Origin: an uncultured Gemmatimonadales bacterium
GTDB taxonomy: Bacteria; Gemmatimonadota; Gemmatimonadetes; Gemmatimonadales; Gemmatimonadaceae
Assembly (NCBI GenBank): GCA_963793305.1
Contig: CAWBZV010000002.1
Span: 544,001 to 608,000 of the forward strand
DNA: 64,000 nucleotides
Direction of reading: 5' to 3'
Below are positions 1-9,606 of this stretch, in pieces (positions within the stretch are counted from its first letter, which is position 1; the number at the start of each line of letters is the position of its first letter). The notes beneath the pieces are model-generated. The model was not told the origin of the DNA. It worked only from the letters and a program-made list of their open reading frames with translations, and searched no databases. The position numbers were made by a program, and so were the translations under genes.

Positions 1-384
1 GTGCCCGGAGTAGCCAAATCCGTAGGCGACTCCGCCGTAGAACCCGATGTGTTCGCCCCAATATCCCTCGTGGAACACAAATGCACTGCCACCCCACCCC
101 CAATATCCAGGGGTCCAGAGGAAGCCGGGTTGGGGCGGTTCCACCCAGGCACCGGCGACCCAGTAGTAGCTGCCATCAGCCCACGCCCAATAGCCGGGAG
201 TCCAGAGGTAGCCGTCTCCGGGGCACGGCGGCTGTGAGTAGGCGGGAAGGTCCGGCGGCGCGACATCGACCGCCGCGCTGGTTGTGACGTATTCGTCCGG
301 TGGAGGGTAGCCGGCCGAGCCACACGCGGCGAGCGTGATGGTCGTCAAGAGCATTGGAAGCACGCGGATCACGGTATTTCGCAT
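1..384 (-). CDS. YXWGXW-repeat lipoprotein (3' end runs off the window)
   Basis: Manual translation from ATG at 384: MRNTVIRVLPMLLTTITLAAC (lipobox)...PPCPGDGYLWTPGYWAW...WVEPPQPGFLWTPGYWGW...HEGYWG. Absent from the ORF track because there is no stop codon in the window. Confidence 0.85.
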   Translation of the reverse strand, partial: MRNTVIRVLPMLLTTITLAACGSAGYPPPDEYVTTSAAVDVAPPDLPAYSQPPCPGDGYLWTPGYWAWADGSYYWVAGAWVEPPQPGFLWTPGYWGWGGSAFVFHEGYWGEHIGFYGGVAYGFGYSGH

Positions 385-455
385 TTGAGTTCGCCTTGAG
401 TATCGAGTCAGTAGGCCGACGTCGGGTGCGGATGTGACGTTAAGCGCCTGTGTCG

Positions 456-1001
456 TCAGGTCTGATCGAGCGGATAGCGCGTAACCGCGCCGGCGATCGT
501 CTCGCCCGAGACCGATGCATACATGTGGCGGTCGGTGATGGTGAGCGAGAGCGCTGTCCGGCGCTGCAGACGGGCGGCGATACCATCGATGAACTCACGG
601 TCAAACGCATACAGCTCGACATCGGCGGCTCGATGGATCCTCTCGCCGACCCACTGACGCACCAGCAGGGGCGCGTTCTTGTGCGTGTAGACGACGACGC
701 GTGGCGCGGCCTTGCTGGCTTTGTGTAGTCGGACGGCATCCGGGGCGCCGATCTCGATCCAGACGCGCAGCGCGCCGGCCAGATCGCGCACGGCCAACGC
801 CGGCGCGTCCGGCTCGGCGAGCCCGGCCGAGAATGCGATCCCCTCGGTGTACTCCAGACAGTAAGCGAGTACCCGGGTGACCAAGTACTCCTCGGTCTCG
901 GACGGATGACGCGCGACGCGAAACGACAGCGGTGTATAGATATGGCGATCGACGTCGGACAGGTCGATGTCGAAGTTGTAGATGGTCGCGGAGAGAGCCA
1001 C
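456..1001 (-). CDS. yaeQ: YaeQ family protein
   Basis: GTG start at 1001 gives (M)ALSATIY...DLSDVDR...ARHPSET...RVLAYCL...WIEIG, typical YaeQ motifs. Confidence 0.9.
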   Translation of the reverse strand: MALSATIYNFDIDLSDVDRHIYTPLSFRVARHPSETEEYLVTRVLAYCLEYTEGIAFSAGLAEPDAPALAVRDLAGALRVWIEIGAPDAVRLHKASKAAPRVVVYTHKNAPLLVRQWVGERIHRAADVELYAFDREFIDGIAARLQRRTALSLTITDRHMYASVSGETIAGAVTRYPLDQT

Positions 1002-1054
1002 GGTGCCAGCATACCCCGCCATCGTCCATGGTGCCAGGCCGCCGCGCATCGTCG

Positions 1055-1849
1055 TCATGCATGCTGTCCGGCCGCATCCAGGATCAACTGGGTGATCTCG
1101 TCGGGATGGGAGATCGGCGAGAGATGGCTCGACTTCAACTCAATAGTCTTGGCGCCCATGCGCTTGGCCATGAAGCGCTCGAGGTCGGGGTTGATCGTCC
1201 GATCTTCCGTCGACACCGCGTAGAAGCTGGGCTTCGAGCGCCAGGCCGCGTGTGTGGTCTTGCCGGCGAGCAGCGCCTTGTGGAATGGCCATTGAGCCGC
1301 GTAGAGCACCTTGGCTTTCGCTTCCGGGATGTCGCCAGCGAAGTCGCGAAGGAACGCCGCTTCGGTGAAACGTCCTTCATCGCCGTCGAAGACGATCCCA
1401 GCCGAGGCGGGAGGCGCTGGAAATGTCTTGGCCAGGGCCGCGTAGTCCTCGCCCGCGTCTGGCGCCCTTGCGGCCACATAGACCACCGCTGAGACGTTCG
1501 GATGCACGCCGGCTTCGGTGACGATCATTCCCGAGAAAGAATGGCCAGCCAGGACAGTCGGGCCATCCTGTCGGGCCAGGACGCGCTGGGCCGAGGCGAC
1601 CGCGTCAGGCAGCGTCGTCAGAGGGTTCTGCACGGACGTGACATTGAGCCCTGCCGCCTGTAGTCGCGCGATCACCTCGGACCAGGACGACCCGTCGGCG
1701 AATAGCCCATGCACCAGGACGACGTTGCGGGCCACGACTGGGGCCGGGGTTGGGGTCGCGGTTATGCCGAGCCTGGAGAGCACCGAGCCAGCGGCGCCAG
1801 CAAGCAGGGCCGCTGAGAACGTGCGTCTGTCCATCGTGTGCAGCATCAT
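1055..1849 (-). CDS. Tat-exported alpha/beta hydrolase
   Basis: DRRTF twin-arginine signal, VVLVHGLFADGSSW, nucleophile elbow GHSFSG, C-terminal SSHLS. Confidence 0.9.
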   Translation of the reverse strand: MMLHTMDRRTFSAALLAGAAGSVLSRLGITATPTPAPVVARNVVLVHGLFADGSSWSEVIARLQAAGLNVTSVQNPLTTLPDAVASAQRVLARQDGPTVLAGHSFSGMIVTEAGVHPNVSAVVYVAARAPDAGEDYAALAKTFPAPPASAGIVFDGDEGRFTEAAFLRDFAGDIPEAKAKVLYAAQWPFHKALLAGKTTHAAWRSKPSFYAVSTEDRTINPDLERFMAKRMGAKTIELKSSHLSPISHPDEITQLILDAAGQHA

Positions 1850-1871
1850 AGGATGGTTTCCCTCGTGGAAT

Positions 1872-1943
1872 GAAATGGGCTGGCATCACATCGCCGTCCA
1901 GCATCGCGACCGCGAGCAGATATGGCAGGCTGTGGTCCGCCTC
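1872..1943 (-). pseudogene. Remnant of an MmgE/PrpD family gene
   Basis: Intergenic minus-strand frame reads EADHSLPYLLAVAMLDGDVMPAHF, matching the ADHSLPY motif of MmgE/PrpD proteins. It is preceded by an in-frame TGA and the rest of the gene is missing. Confidence 0.65.
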
Positions 1944-1957
1944 TCAGGGGCGAAGAA

Positions 1958-2347
1958 CTACAATGTCGAGAGTCCGCCGCGGATCCAGGAGGCGAGCTCG
2001 GTCTCGGTCATCCGCTTGTCGGCCACCGCTCGCATCGTCTCGACGACATCGTCGTCCGTTCGCCCCAGGTCGTATCCATTCAACTCCAGGAAGATGGCCG
2101 CCACGAGGAACGCCGTGCGCTTGTTGCCATCGGAGTACGGGTGCGACATGGCGATCCCGAACGCATACGCCGCCGCAAGCTGCGCCATGTCAGCATCGGG
2201 ATCGTAGACGTATTTCTGCTGAGGTCGTGCGAGCGCGGCGGCTAGCGCGGTCGCATCGCGCATACCCTGCAGACCGCCGTGCTCATGGAGCTGACTGGTG
2301 TGGACGGCGTCCACGATGACGGCGTCCACCCAGATCGGTTCGTCCAC
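1958..2347 (-). CDS. doc: Type II TA toxin, Doc/Fic family
   Basis: HPYSDGNKRTA Fic/Doc motif, HGG..G.RD N-terminus, 129 aa, directly downstream of an antitoxin. Confidence 0.9.
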   Translation of the reverse strand: MDEPIWVDAVIVDAVHTSQLHEHGGLQGMRDATALAAALARPQQKYVYDPDADMAQLAAAYAFGIAMSHPYSDGNKRTAFLVAAIFLELNGYDLGRTDDDVVETMRAVADKRMTETELASWIRGGLSTL

Positions 2348-2578
2348 TTACTTCCGTGACAAGTCGCGGAGCGCACCTCTGTACTTCTTCGCGATGCGAT
2401 CATAAGCCTCCATCGCGCGCTCAGTCGTCGGATCGTACGGCGTGAGCAGCACACCGGCCTCAGTCTCGACCGCGAAAACCGTGTCGCCCACGCCGATGTG
2501 AAATCGATCGGCCATCTCCTTTGGGATGGTCGCCGACACCGATGTGCCAGTCTGCCGGACAATCACTTTCTTGACCAT
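2348..2578 (-). CDS. AbrB/MazE-type antitoxin
   Basis: MVKKVIVRQTGTSVSATIPKEMADRFHIGVGD...LLTPYDP...KYRGALRDLS. Swapped-hairpin pattern, abuts the toxin gene. Confidence 0.88.
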   Translation of the reverse strand: MVKKVIVRQTGTSVSATIPKEMADRFHIGVGDTVFAVETEAGVLLTPYDPTTERAMEAYDRIAKKYRGALRDLSRK

Positions 2579-2584
2579 GGATCT

Positions 2585-2617
2585 ATTATAAGCATAATAA
2601 TGCTTATTTGCAAGCAT
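2585..2617 (-). promoter_or_regulatory. Sigma70 promoter and palindromic operator of the TA operon
   Basis: Minus strand TTGCAA (2613-2608)-N17-TATAAT (2590-2585), 6 nt before the ATG. Inverted repeat ATAAGCAT-N4-ATGCTTAT at 2588-2607, with a third half-site AAGCAT at 2612-2617. Confidence 0.85.
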
Positions 2618-2620
2618 ATA

Positions 2621-3145
2621 TCAGCCAACAGTTTGCTCCACCAATGCGTCGACCTCGCTCAAGAGGCCGGTCTCCATGTCGAATACAAAGCCCCGCACCG
2701 GGACCTCTTTCGATATCCACGGATGGGATCTGACCTTGTGGATCTGCTCGCGAGTATGCTGCACCGGGTCTTTGTACGCGTAGAAGCGGATCGGAGCGGG
2801 CGACGAGTCGCCAGTCTCGGCCGTGAGCTTCTTGTTTAACTCATCGTCGGTGAACGTCGTCCAGCCGCACCCGGTGTGGTTGAGCAGCATGATCTCTTTC
2901 GATCCAAGCACGTGATTAGAAACGAGAAGCTCCGAGATCACATCGTCGGTTACCACTGGTCCGCCGGTGCGGATGACGTCGATATCGGCCATCGGCACCC
3001 CTAAGATTGCCGAGAGGTCCGACATGCGCGGATCCATACAGACGACAACGGCGATTTTGGGAGCCGGACGCTGCGCGCGCTTTGGATCGTGCGTCTTCGC
3101 CGCGTAATCACGATTCGCTTCCAGCGCCTTGTCAATAAGACTCAT
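2621..3145 (-). CDS. Beta-class carbonic anhydrase (short, clade D-like)
   Basis: CMDPR and HTGCG zinc motifs, VRGFVFDMETGLL C-terminus. Start taken at MSLIDKALEAN. Confidence 0.88.
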   Translation of the reverse strand: MSLIDKALEANRDYAAKTHDPKRAQRPAPKIAVVVCMDPRMSDLSAILGVPMADIDVIRTGGPVVTDDVISELLVSNHVLGSKEIMLLNHTGCGWTTFTDDELNKKLTAETGDSSPAPIRFYAYKDPVQHTREQIHKVRSHPWISKEVPVRGFVFDMETGLLSEVDALVEQTVG

Positions 3146-3190
3146 TCCTGGGCTCTCCGTGTGAGAAGACAGCAAGTTGCTGCAAGCACC

Positions 3191-4181
3191 GTGCTCGTGA
3201 CAGGTGGCTCTGGGTTCATCGCCAGCCACTGCATCCTCCAGCTCATAGCCGCGGGCTATCAGGTTCGCACGACGGTGCGGAACCAGTCGCGCCAGGTCGA
3301 ACGTCTCGTCCGTCGTCGCCGATTTGCAGAACGATGCAGGCTGGACTGAAGCGGTCGCCGGATGCGAGTACGTACTTCATGTGGCGTCGCCGTTCCCGCA
3401 CACCATGCCAGCAGACGAAAACGAGCTGATCGTGCCGGCGCGAGACGGCGCGCTGCGAGTGCTCCGGGCGGCGCGCGACAGTGGCGTCAAGCGCGTCGTG
3501 CTAACCTCGTCGTTCGCCGCGATCGGTTACGGACACAAGGAGCAACGAGCGGCATTCGACGAGACCAACTGGTCGAATGTGAAAACTCCCTGTGTGACGG
3601 CATACGCCAAGTCCAAGTTCTTCGCCGAACGCGCGGCGTGGGATTTCATGGCGAAAGAGGGCGGAGCCCTGGAGCTGTCCGTCGTCAATCCCGTCGGCGT
3701 GTTCGGACCGCTGCTAAAACCGGATCTGGCGACGTCGATCCTCATGGTGAAGCGCATGATGGACGGCGCCATCCCCGGCGTCCCGCAGCTCTACTTCGGT
3801 ATCGTCGACGTGCGCGATATCGCCGACCTGCACATTCGGGCGATGACGCATCCCGCCGCCAAAGGAGAGCGCTTTCTCGGCACGGCCGGCGACTTCATGT
3901 CGATGCTGGACATGGCGAGAGCGCTGAAGCACCGCCTGGGAGCAGCGGCCAGGCGAGTGCCGGCGCGAGCGCTCCCCAACTGGATGGTTCGCCTCGTGGC
4001 GCTGCGGGATCCAGCGGCCCGATACATCCTGCCCGAGCTGGGCAAGTACAAGAACGGCACGAGCGCCAAAGCCAGACGCCTGCTGGGATGGACGCCGCGC
4101 CCCTCGGAGGATGCCTTGGTCGCCACGGCCGAAAGCCTGCTGCAACTCGGCCTCGTCAAAGGACATCGGGTCGCCGCATAG
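3191..4181 (+). pseudogene. NAD-dependent epimerase/dehydratase (aldehyde reductase-like), frameshifted
   Basis: VLVTGGSGFIASH Rossmann motif in one frame, then ADLQNDAGW...VLHVASP...YAKSK in the next. Frame changes by +1 near 3308, and the start codon is unclear. May be a sequencing error. Confidence 0.7.
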
Positions 4182-4217
4182 TGTTTCGCTCACCACTGCG
4201 GTGTCGTCTACCATCAT

Positions 4218-5669
4218 ATGGTGGCAGGCGAGGGCGGTCCGTGGCGGGCGCTCGTCGAACACGCCAGCGAAATGCTGTGCGTGACCGGGCCGCATGGGCG
4301 GCTCGTATACGTTAACGCAGCATGGCGCCGAACCCTCGGCTATAGCCTCGAGGAAGCGGCATCACGCCACCCGGCCGAGTTCGTGGCGAGCGAAGATCGC
4401 GCGCGCTATCGCTCGATCGCCAAGCGCATGGTCGAAGGACACCCCGTCGAGGATTTCGAGGCATCACTCGTCGCCAAAGACGGACGGTACGTCGTGTGTC
4501 GCGGATGGGCCGTCGCGCAGTACACGGACGGAACGCTCACCGGCACGGTAGCCGGATATCACGATTGCACCGCGGAGCGCGCGGTCGAGCGAGCGATCGA
4601 TGCGCTGGCGGAAAGCGAGGCGCGATTCCGGCGACTGTCTGATGCCGCGACGGATGGCGTCGCCGTGTCGCGCGAGGGCTTGCTGCGTGAAGTCAATGCC
4701 GCGTGGTGCCGGATGTTCGGCGTCACGGAAGAGGCCGCGCTCGGCACACAGACCGCCATGTTGGTCGCCGAGGACGAGCGACAGGACGTATTCCGGCGTA
4801 TGGCGGAGGCGCCGTCGGTCGCCCAGCTGCTCACGCTCGTACGACCGGACGGCACGACGTTCGATGGCGAGCTCACCGCCGGCCCGATTTCGTATCGCGG
4901 CACACCGGCGCGTATCCTGGTGGTGCGCGACATGTCGGCGTGGATGCGCGTCCACCGCCTCAAGAACGAGTTCGTGTCGACGGTCTCGCACGAGCTGCGG
5001 ACCCCACTGACCGCGATCCAAGGCGCCATCAAGCTGTTGGAGAGCGGCGCGATAGCGGCCGGCACACCAAAGGCCGCCCAGCTCCTCACCGTCGCTCGCG
5101 CCAACTCCGAACGCCTCGGACGACTGGTCAACGATCTCCTCGATCTCGAGAAGATCGAGGCGGGGCGTCTCGTCCTGCGCCGCGAGGAAGTGTCGCCACA
5201 CGATGTCGTGAGCGCCGCGCGTGATGCCACCGCCGAGTTGGCCGCCCAGGCGCACGTCGGCGTCACCGCCATGGTCCTCACCGAGCGCACGTTCCCCGCC
5301 GATCCCGATCGCGTCGTGCAGGTGCTCACGAACCTGGTGTCGAACGCCATCAAGTTCGCGGCGACGGATTCGCGCGTGCGCGTCGAGGTCTGCCTCGCGA
5401 GCGAAGCGGCCGTGCGATTCGCGGTGACGAACGTCGGTGCGGGCATCTCGGCCGCGGATATGCCCCGGTTGTTCACGAAGTTCGGTCAGCTGGATGGATC
5501 GGATGCCCGGCGCCACGGCGGGACCGGCCTTGGGCTCGCGATAGCGAAATCGATCGTGGAACAGCATGGTGGACGCATCGGTGTGCAGTCGGTCGTCGGC
5601 GGTGAGACGACGTTCTGGGTGGAGTGGCCCGTCAGCGGGTATCCGGCAGACGGTCGAGCACATCCCTGA
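4218..5669 (+). CDS. Cytoplasmic PAS-PAS sensor histidine kinase
   Basis: Two PAS-like repeats, H-box VSHELRTPL, N-box NLVSNAIKF, G2 box GGTGLGL. Confidence 0.92.
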   Translation: MVAGEGGPWRALVEHASEMLCVTGPHGRLVYVNAAWRRTLGYSLEEAASRHPAEFVASEDRARYRSIAKRMVEGHPVEDFEASLVAKDGRYVVCRGWAVAQYTDGTLTGTVAGYHDCTAERAVERAIDALAESEARFRRLSDAATDGVAVSREGLLREVNAAWCRMFGVTEEAALGTQTAMLVAEDERQDVFRRMAEAPSVAQLLTLVRPDGTTFDGELTAGPISYRGTPARILVVRDMSAWMRVHRLKNEFVSTVSHELRTPLTAIQGAIKLLESGAIAAGTPKAAQLLTVARANSERLGRLVNDLLDLEKIEAGRLVLRREEVSPHDVVSAARDATAELAAQAHVGVTAMVLTERTFPADPDRVVQVLTNLVSNAIKFAATDSRVRVEVCLASEAAVRFAVTNVGAGISAADMPRLFTKFGQLDGSDARRHGGTGLGLAIAKSIVEQHGGRIGVQSVVGGETTFWVEWPVSGYPADGRAHP

Positions 5670-7176
5670 CCGCGCGCGAGAGCCCCGCGGCGGTGAAGGG
5701 CTTCTGCACAAACGGTGTCGTGGCATCGATCAGCCCGCGACGGATCACGTCGTCGTCCGTATACCCCGACATATACAGCGGACGTACGTTGGGTCTGACG
5801 GCGGCGACCGCCTGGTACGCCGCGCGACCCGACCCGCCCGGCATGACGAGATCGGTGAGCACCAGCGCGATCGGACCCACATGCGTCCGCGCCGCCTCGA
5901 GCGCTTCCGCGCCGGTCGCGGCAGTGATGACGCTATAGCCCTGTGAGACCAGCACGCGCGCCGTCAGCGCGCGAACCGCCGGCTCGTCCTCGACCACGAG
6001 AATCGTCTCCGTGTTGGAGCGGATGCTCGGCGCCTGAACGGGCGGTGTCGCTTGATTGACGTCGGGCTGGGCGAGTGGAAGGTAGATCTTGAATGTCGTG
6101 CCCAGTCCGACCTCGCTATAGACCCAGATGTACCCTCCGGACTGCTTGACGATGCCGTAGACGGTCGCGAGCCCCAGTCCCGTCCCGGAGCCGAGCGCTT
6201 TCGTGGTAAAGAACGGCTCGAAGAGATGGTCCCGAACGTGGCGGTCCATGCCGCAACCCGTGTCGGTCACCGCCAGGACGGCGTATCGCCCGGGCACCAC
6301 GACCGTCCGGCGCTGCGTGTAGCACGCGTCGAGCTCGGCCACTCCAGTCTCGACGGTCAGTGTCCCACACCCGGGCATCGCATCGCGCGCGTTCGCCGCC
6401 AGGTTCATGAGCACTTGCTCGAGCTGACCGGCATCGGCCACGATCGGCAACTGCTCATCGCCCGGTCGGGTCACGATGTCGATGTCCTCAGGGATCAGGC
6501 GGCGGAGCATCGCCTCCAGGCCGAACACGATCGTATTCAGGTCGAGCACGCGCGGGCGGAGCAGCTGCTTCCGGCTGAACGTGAGGAGCTGACTCGTGAG
6601 TCGGCCAGCAGCCGCCACCGCGGTCAATATGGACTCGACTTCCGGCCGCGCGGCGTGATCCGGCGGGAGGTCTTCCCCGAGCAGCTCGCCGCTGGCGCTG
6701 ATCACCGTCAGCAGGTTGTTGAAGTCGTGGGCGATCCCGCCGGCGAGGCGACCGACGGCGTCCATCTTCTGTGCCTGGCGCAACTGCTCCTCGAGCCGGC
6801 GATGTGCCGTGACGTCATCGACGACCACGAGGTGCGCGGGCCGGTCGTCGAACGTGGTCGCCGAAAACGTGAGATTGACGATGAGCGTCCGGCCGTCGCG
6901 CGTCCGATGCGTGACATCCGTGCGCACGTTGCGCGCGGCGAATCGATTCAGGAGCTCAGGCGCGTCCGTCCGTTCGAGGTCGGACAGGGTCAGCGCCAGA
7001 AATGCCTCGCGGGAGTATCCGTAGCACCCGATCGCCGCCTCGTTCACATCGCGAATCGCCAGCGTGGCATTGTCGTAGATGAACATGGGCACGGGCATTT
7101 CGAGAAACAGCAAACGGTAGGACTCCGGCGCGGTTCGCGACAATGGCAGGGCGATCGAGGCGGCGCTACGCGGCAT
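5632..7176 (-). CDS. Hybrid PAS histidine kinase with receiver domain (CckA-like architecture)
   Basis: AHDFNNLL H-box, EPFFTTK, GTGLGL, C-terminal receiver domain (ILVVEDE...TDLVMPG...QKPF). Confidence 0.93.
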   Translation of the reverse strand: MPRSAASIALPLSRTAPESYRLLFLEMPVPMFIYDNATLAIRDVNEAAIGCYGYSREAFLALTLSDLERTDAPELLNRFAARNVRTDVTHRTRDGRTLIVNLTFSATTFDDRPAHLVVVDDVTAHRRLEEQLRQAQKMDAVGRLAGGIAHDFNNLLTVISASGELLGEDLPPDHAARPEVESILTAVAAAGRLTSQLLTFSRKQLLRPRVLDLNTIVFGLEAMLRRLIPEDIDIVTRPGDEQLPIVADAGQLEQVLMNLAANARDAMPGCGTLTVETGVAELDACYTQRRTVVVPGRYAVLAVTDTGCGMDRHVRDHLFEPFFTTKALGSGTGLGLATVYGIVKQSGGYIWVYSEVGLGTTFKIYLPLAQPDVNQATPPVQAPSIRSNTETILVVEDEPAVRALTARVLVSQGYSVITAATGAEALEAARTHVGPIALVLTDLVMPGGSGRAAYQAVAAVRPNVRPLYMSGYTDDDVIRRGLIDATTPFVQKPFTAAGLSRAVRDVLDRLPDTR

Positions 7177-8737
7177 TGGCGATCACCGTGAGGTATTCGA
7201 TCGAGCCGACGAACGCGGCGAACACGTCCGGGCGCCACCAGTGCGAGAGCTTTCGCATCTTGGCGACCGCCTCGCCCGGCGGAACGGGATCCTGGTAGCT
7301 GCGCGCCGAGGTCATCGCATCGAAGACGTTGGCGACGCACACGATCTGGGCATGCAGCGGGATCTCGTCGCCCGCGAGCCCGTCGGGATAGCCGGTGCCG
7401 TCGAGCTTCTCGTGATGCCACCGGATGATGGGCTTGATGAGCCACGGGAACTCGAGGTCCTCGAGAATCTCGAGTCCCCATTCCGGGTGCTTCTTGATGA
7501 TGTCGAACTCCTCAGGCGTCAGCTTCCCGGGCTTATTCAAAATGGTCGGCGGGATGCGCACCTTGCCGATGTCGTGCAGCGACGCACCCACCCGCACGGT
7601 CGTGACGTTGACCGGATCGAGCGCCAACGCCTCGGCGATTGCGACCGCATAGGCCGCGACGCGCTCCGAATGCCCATAGGTGTACGTATCGGCCGACTCG
7701 AGCGACCGGCCGTATTTGGCGACGACGTCGAGAAACGTGGCTTCCAGATCCTCGACGTCGGCGACGACGCGCCGATGATCGGCATTGGCGCCGAGCTGGC
7801 TGAACAGCCGGTGGGCGGCCGTGAGCCGGGTCATCGCGTCGTGATTCCGCTCCTGCTTGATGTACAGCAGCGCCATGTCGCGATTGGCTTCGGCGATCTG
7901 GAGCGGCGCGCCAACCGCCGTCGCGTTGGCCAGCGCCGCCCGGAATCGCTGCTCGGCCAAGTCGGGGATGCCCATCTCGCGATAGACGATGCCGAGCGAT
8001 CGATACGCATCGGCCTTGCCGCTGACGTTGCCGAGTCGCGTGAAGATCTCGAGCGCCTGCTCCGCGTCCGTGAACGCGCGATCGTAGTCGGCCAGTCCGA
8101 CCTGGACTTCGGATCGGTTCAACAGGACGCTGGCCTGGAACGGGATGTCGCCCAATCGTTCGGCGATCTTGAGGCTGGCCGCGAAATATTCGTCGGCCTT
8201 GCGCCACTCGCGCTGGTCGGCCGTCAGCATGCCGAGGTTATGATACGCGACCGCGCACCCCTGCTCGTCGCGGGCTTGGCGGAAGCGCATCAGCGAGCGC
8301 AGGTACCGCTTGCGCGCCGCGGGAAAGTCGCCTTGAATGTTGGCGATGATGCCGAAGTTCTGCTCGATCCGCGCGACGAGTAGTGCTTCGGATCCCGCGA
8401 GCTCGAGCGCCCGGGTCAACTGGGTGGTGGCGTTCGCCCACTGCGCCTGGTCGATGTGGACGAGCGCCCGACCGTTGAGCGCTTCCGCGGCAGTCACGTG
8501 ATCGTCGGCCGCGATGGCCATCTCGTACGCGGTCTGGCACATCATGATCGCCCGGTCGAACTCTTGCCGGCGGCGATGAATCGAGGCGCATCGCCGGAGG
8601 GCAGTCGCTCGTTCGCGAGCGTCGTAAGACGGCACGGCCATGGCCACCGCGGTGTAGGCTTCGAGCGCCCCGGTGGTGTCGCCGGCCCGGTCCAAGTCGA
8701 GCGCGGCGGACAGCAGCGGCCCTGCCGCGCTGGTCAC
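7166..8737 (-). CDS. TPR-repeat plus HD-GYP domain protein (putative c-di-GMP phosphodiesterase or receptor)
   Basis: About 330 aa of TPR-like helical repeats (AVAYHNLG, ADAYRSLGIVY), then GHSERVA, LHDIGK, HHEKLDGTGYPDGL. Confidence 0.9.
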   Translation of the reverse strand: MTSAAGPLLSAALDLDRAGDTTGALEAYTAVAMAVPSYDARERATALRRCASIHRRRQEFDRAIMMCQTAYEMAIAADDHVTAAEALNGRALVHIDQAQWANATTQLTRALELAGSEALLVARIEQNFGIIANIQGDFPAARKRYLRSLMRFRQARDEQGCAVAYHNLGMLTADQREWRKADEYFAASLKIAERLGDIPFQASVLLNRSEVQVGLADYDRAFTDAEQALEIFTRLGNVSGKADAYRSLGIVYREMGIPDLAEQRFRAALANATAVGAPLQIAEANRDMALLYIKQERNHDAMTRLTAAHRLFSQLGANADHRRVVADVEDLEATFLDVVAKYGRSLESADTYTYGHSERVAAYAVAIAEALALDPVNVTTVRVGASLHDIGKVRIPPTILNKPGKLTPEEFDIIKKHPEWGLEILEDLEFPWLIKPIIRWHHEKLDGTGYPDGLAGDEIPLHAQIVCVANVFDAMTSARSYQDPVPPGEAVAKMRKLSHWWRPDVFAAFVGSIEYLTVIANAA

Positions 8738-9282
8738 CGCCGCTCAGCTCCTGCGTACACGGAGAAGTGGCCGATGAGTGCGCTCACCGTGTGCGAATCG
8801 AGGTGGAGGATCGATGGCAACCATTGCAGGATCTGACCGAGTGGCCCATTCAGGTAGACGATGCTCAGTGAGTTCGACGGCTGCGGATTACACTGGGCGT
8901 AGCCGAGTGTGAGCGTCGCCGGTACCAGGAACTGCAAGCCCTCGGGCTGGAGCACGGCGGTCAGGTGGCCGTCCGCTGGAGCGGTGGCGGTGATGGTCGT
9001 CTGCCTGAGCAACGCGCCGGGCGGAATGAGCAGCGTGTGCGGTCCGAAGTTGATCACGCCACCCAATAGACCAATGGTCGCCGTGTCCGACGCCGCGACC
9101 GTGTCCGCGGCACACACGAACAGAGACTCCGCCGGCGGCGAGAAGAGCAGGTTCGACCGCACGGAAGGAGAGGTCACGTTGGTGCGGTCGTCGCGACAGC
9201 CAGTCAGCAACCAGGCAGTCGTGGCGGCGCCGACGAGGAGCGCGCCGAAGAGCAGATTGCGTTTGAGTGTGATGGCTGACAT
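8734..9282 (-). CDS. Lipoprotein with a ZU5-like domain and C-terminal HFS motif
   Basis: Lipobox LTGC. The segment TIGLLGGVI...LLIPPGAL...QPEGLQFLVPATLTL resembles ZU5. Ends IGHFSVYAGAERR and overlaps the next gene by GTGA. Confidence 0.75.
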   Translation of the reverse strand: MSAITLKRNLLFGALLVGAATTAWLLTGCRDDRTNVTSPSVRSNLLFSPPAESLFVCAADTVAASDTATIGLLGGVINFGPHTLLIPPGALLRQTTITATAPADGHLTAVLQPEGLQFLVPATLTLGYAQCNPQPSNSLSIVYLNGPLGQILQWLPSILHLDSHTVSALIGHFSVYAGAERR

Positions 9283-9606
9283 CGCGAATACCGGTGGGAG
9301 TCGGACTGAATGACCACAAAAACTTCTGTCCTTTCAGGTGCGACTAGTATTTGCGCAATGTCGCAACTGGTGCAGAATCGCGAGATCCGTCGATGTCCGG
9401 CAAATGGTGCGTCACTCTATCGCATTGCTGCATAGCGATTAAGCAGATACGCATCGAGTGCGCTCGCCCGAGCCGTGAACTATCGTGACACGACGCGGTT
9501 GCGGGTCGTCGAGACGTAAATGCGTCTATCTGTCACGTTATTTAACAGACCGCTTTCTAGGCGGTTCGGGAGAATCTCGGAGTGATCGGTGCTCGTCCCC
9601 GACGCG

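Noticed and set aside
1958..2617. Prophage or integrative element around the TA pair
   Set aside because: No integrase, transposase, tRNA or att-like direct repeats seen.
9283..9606. c-di-GMP riboswitch in the long leader of the HD-GYP operon
   Set aside because: No GEMM-type GGCAAA...GACGCAAA arrangement or convincing stems on the coding strand.
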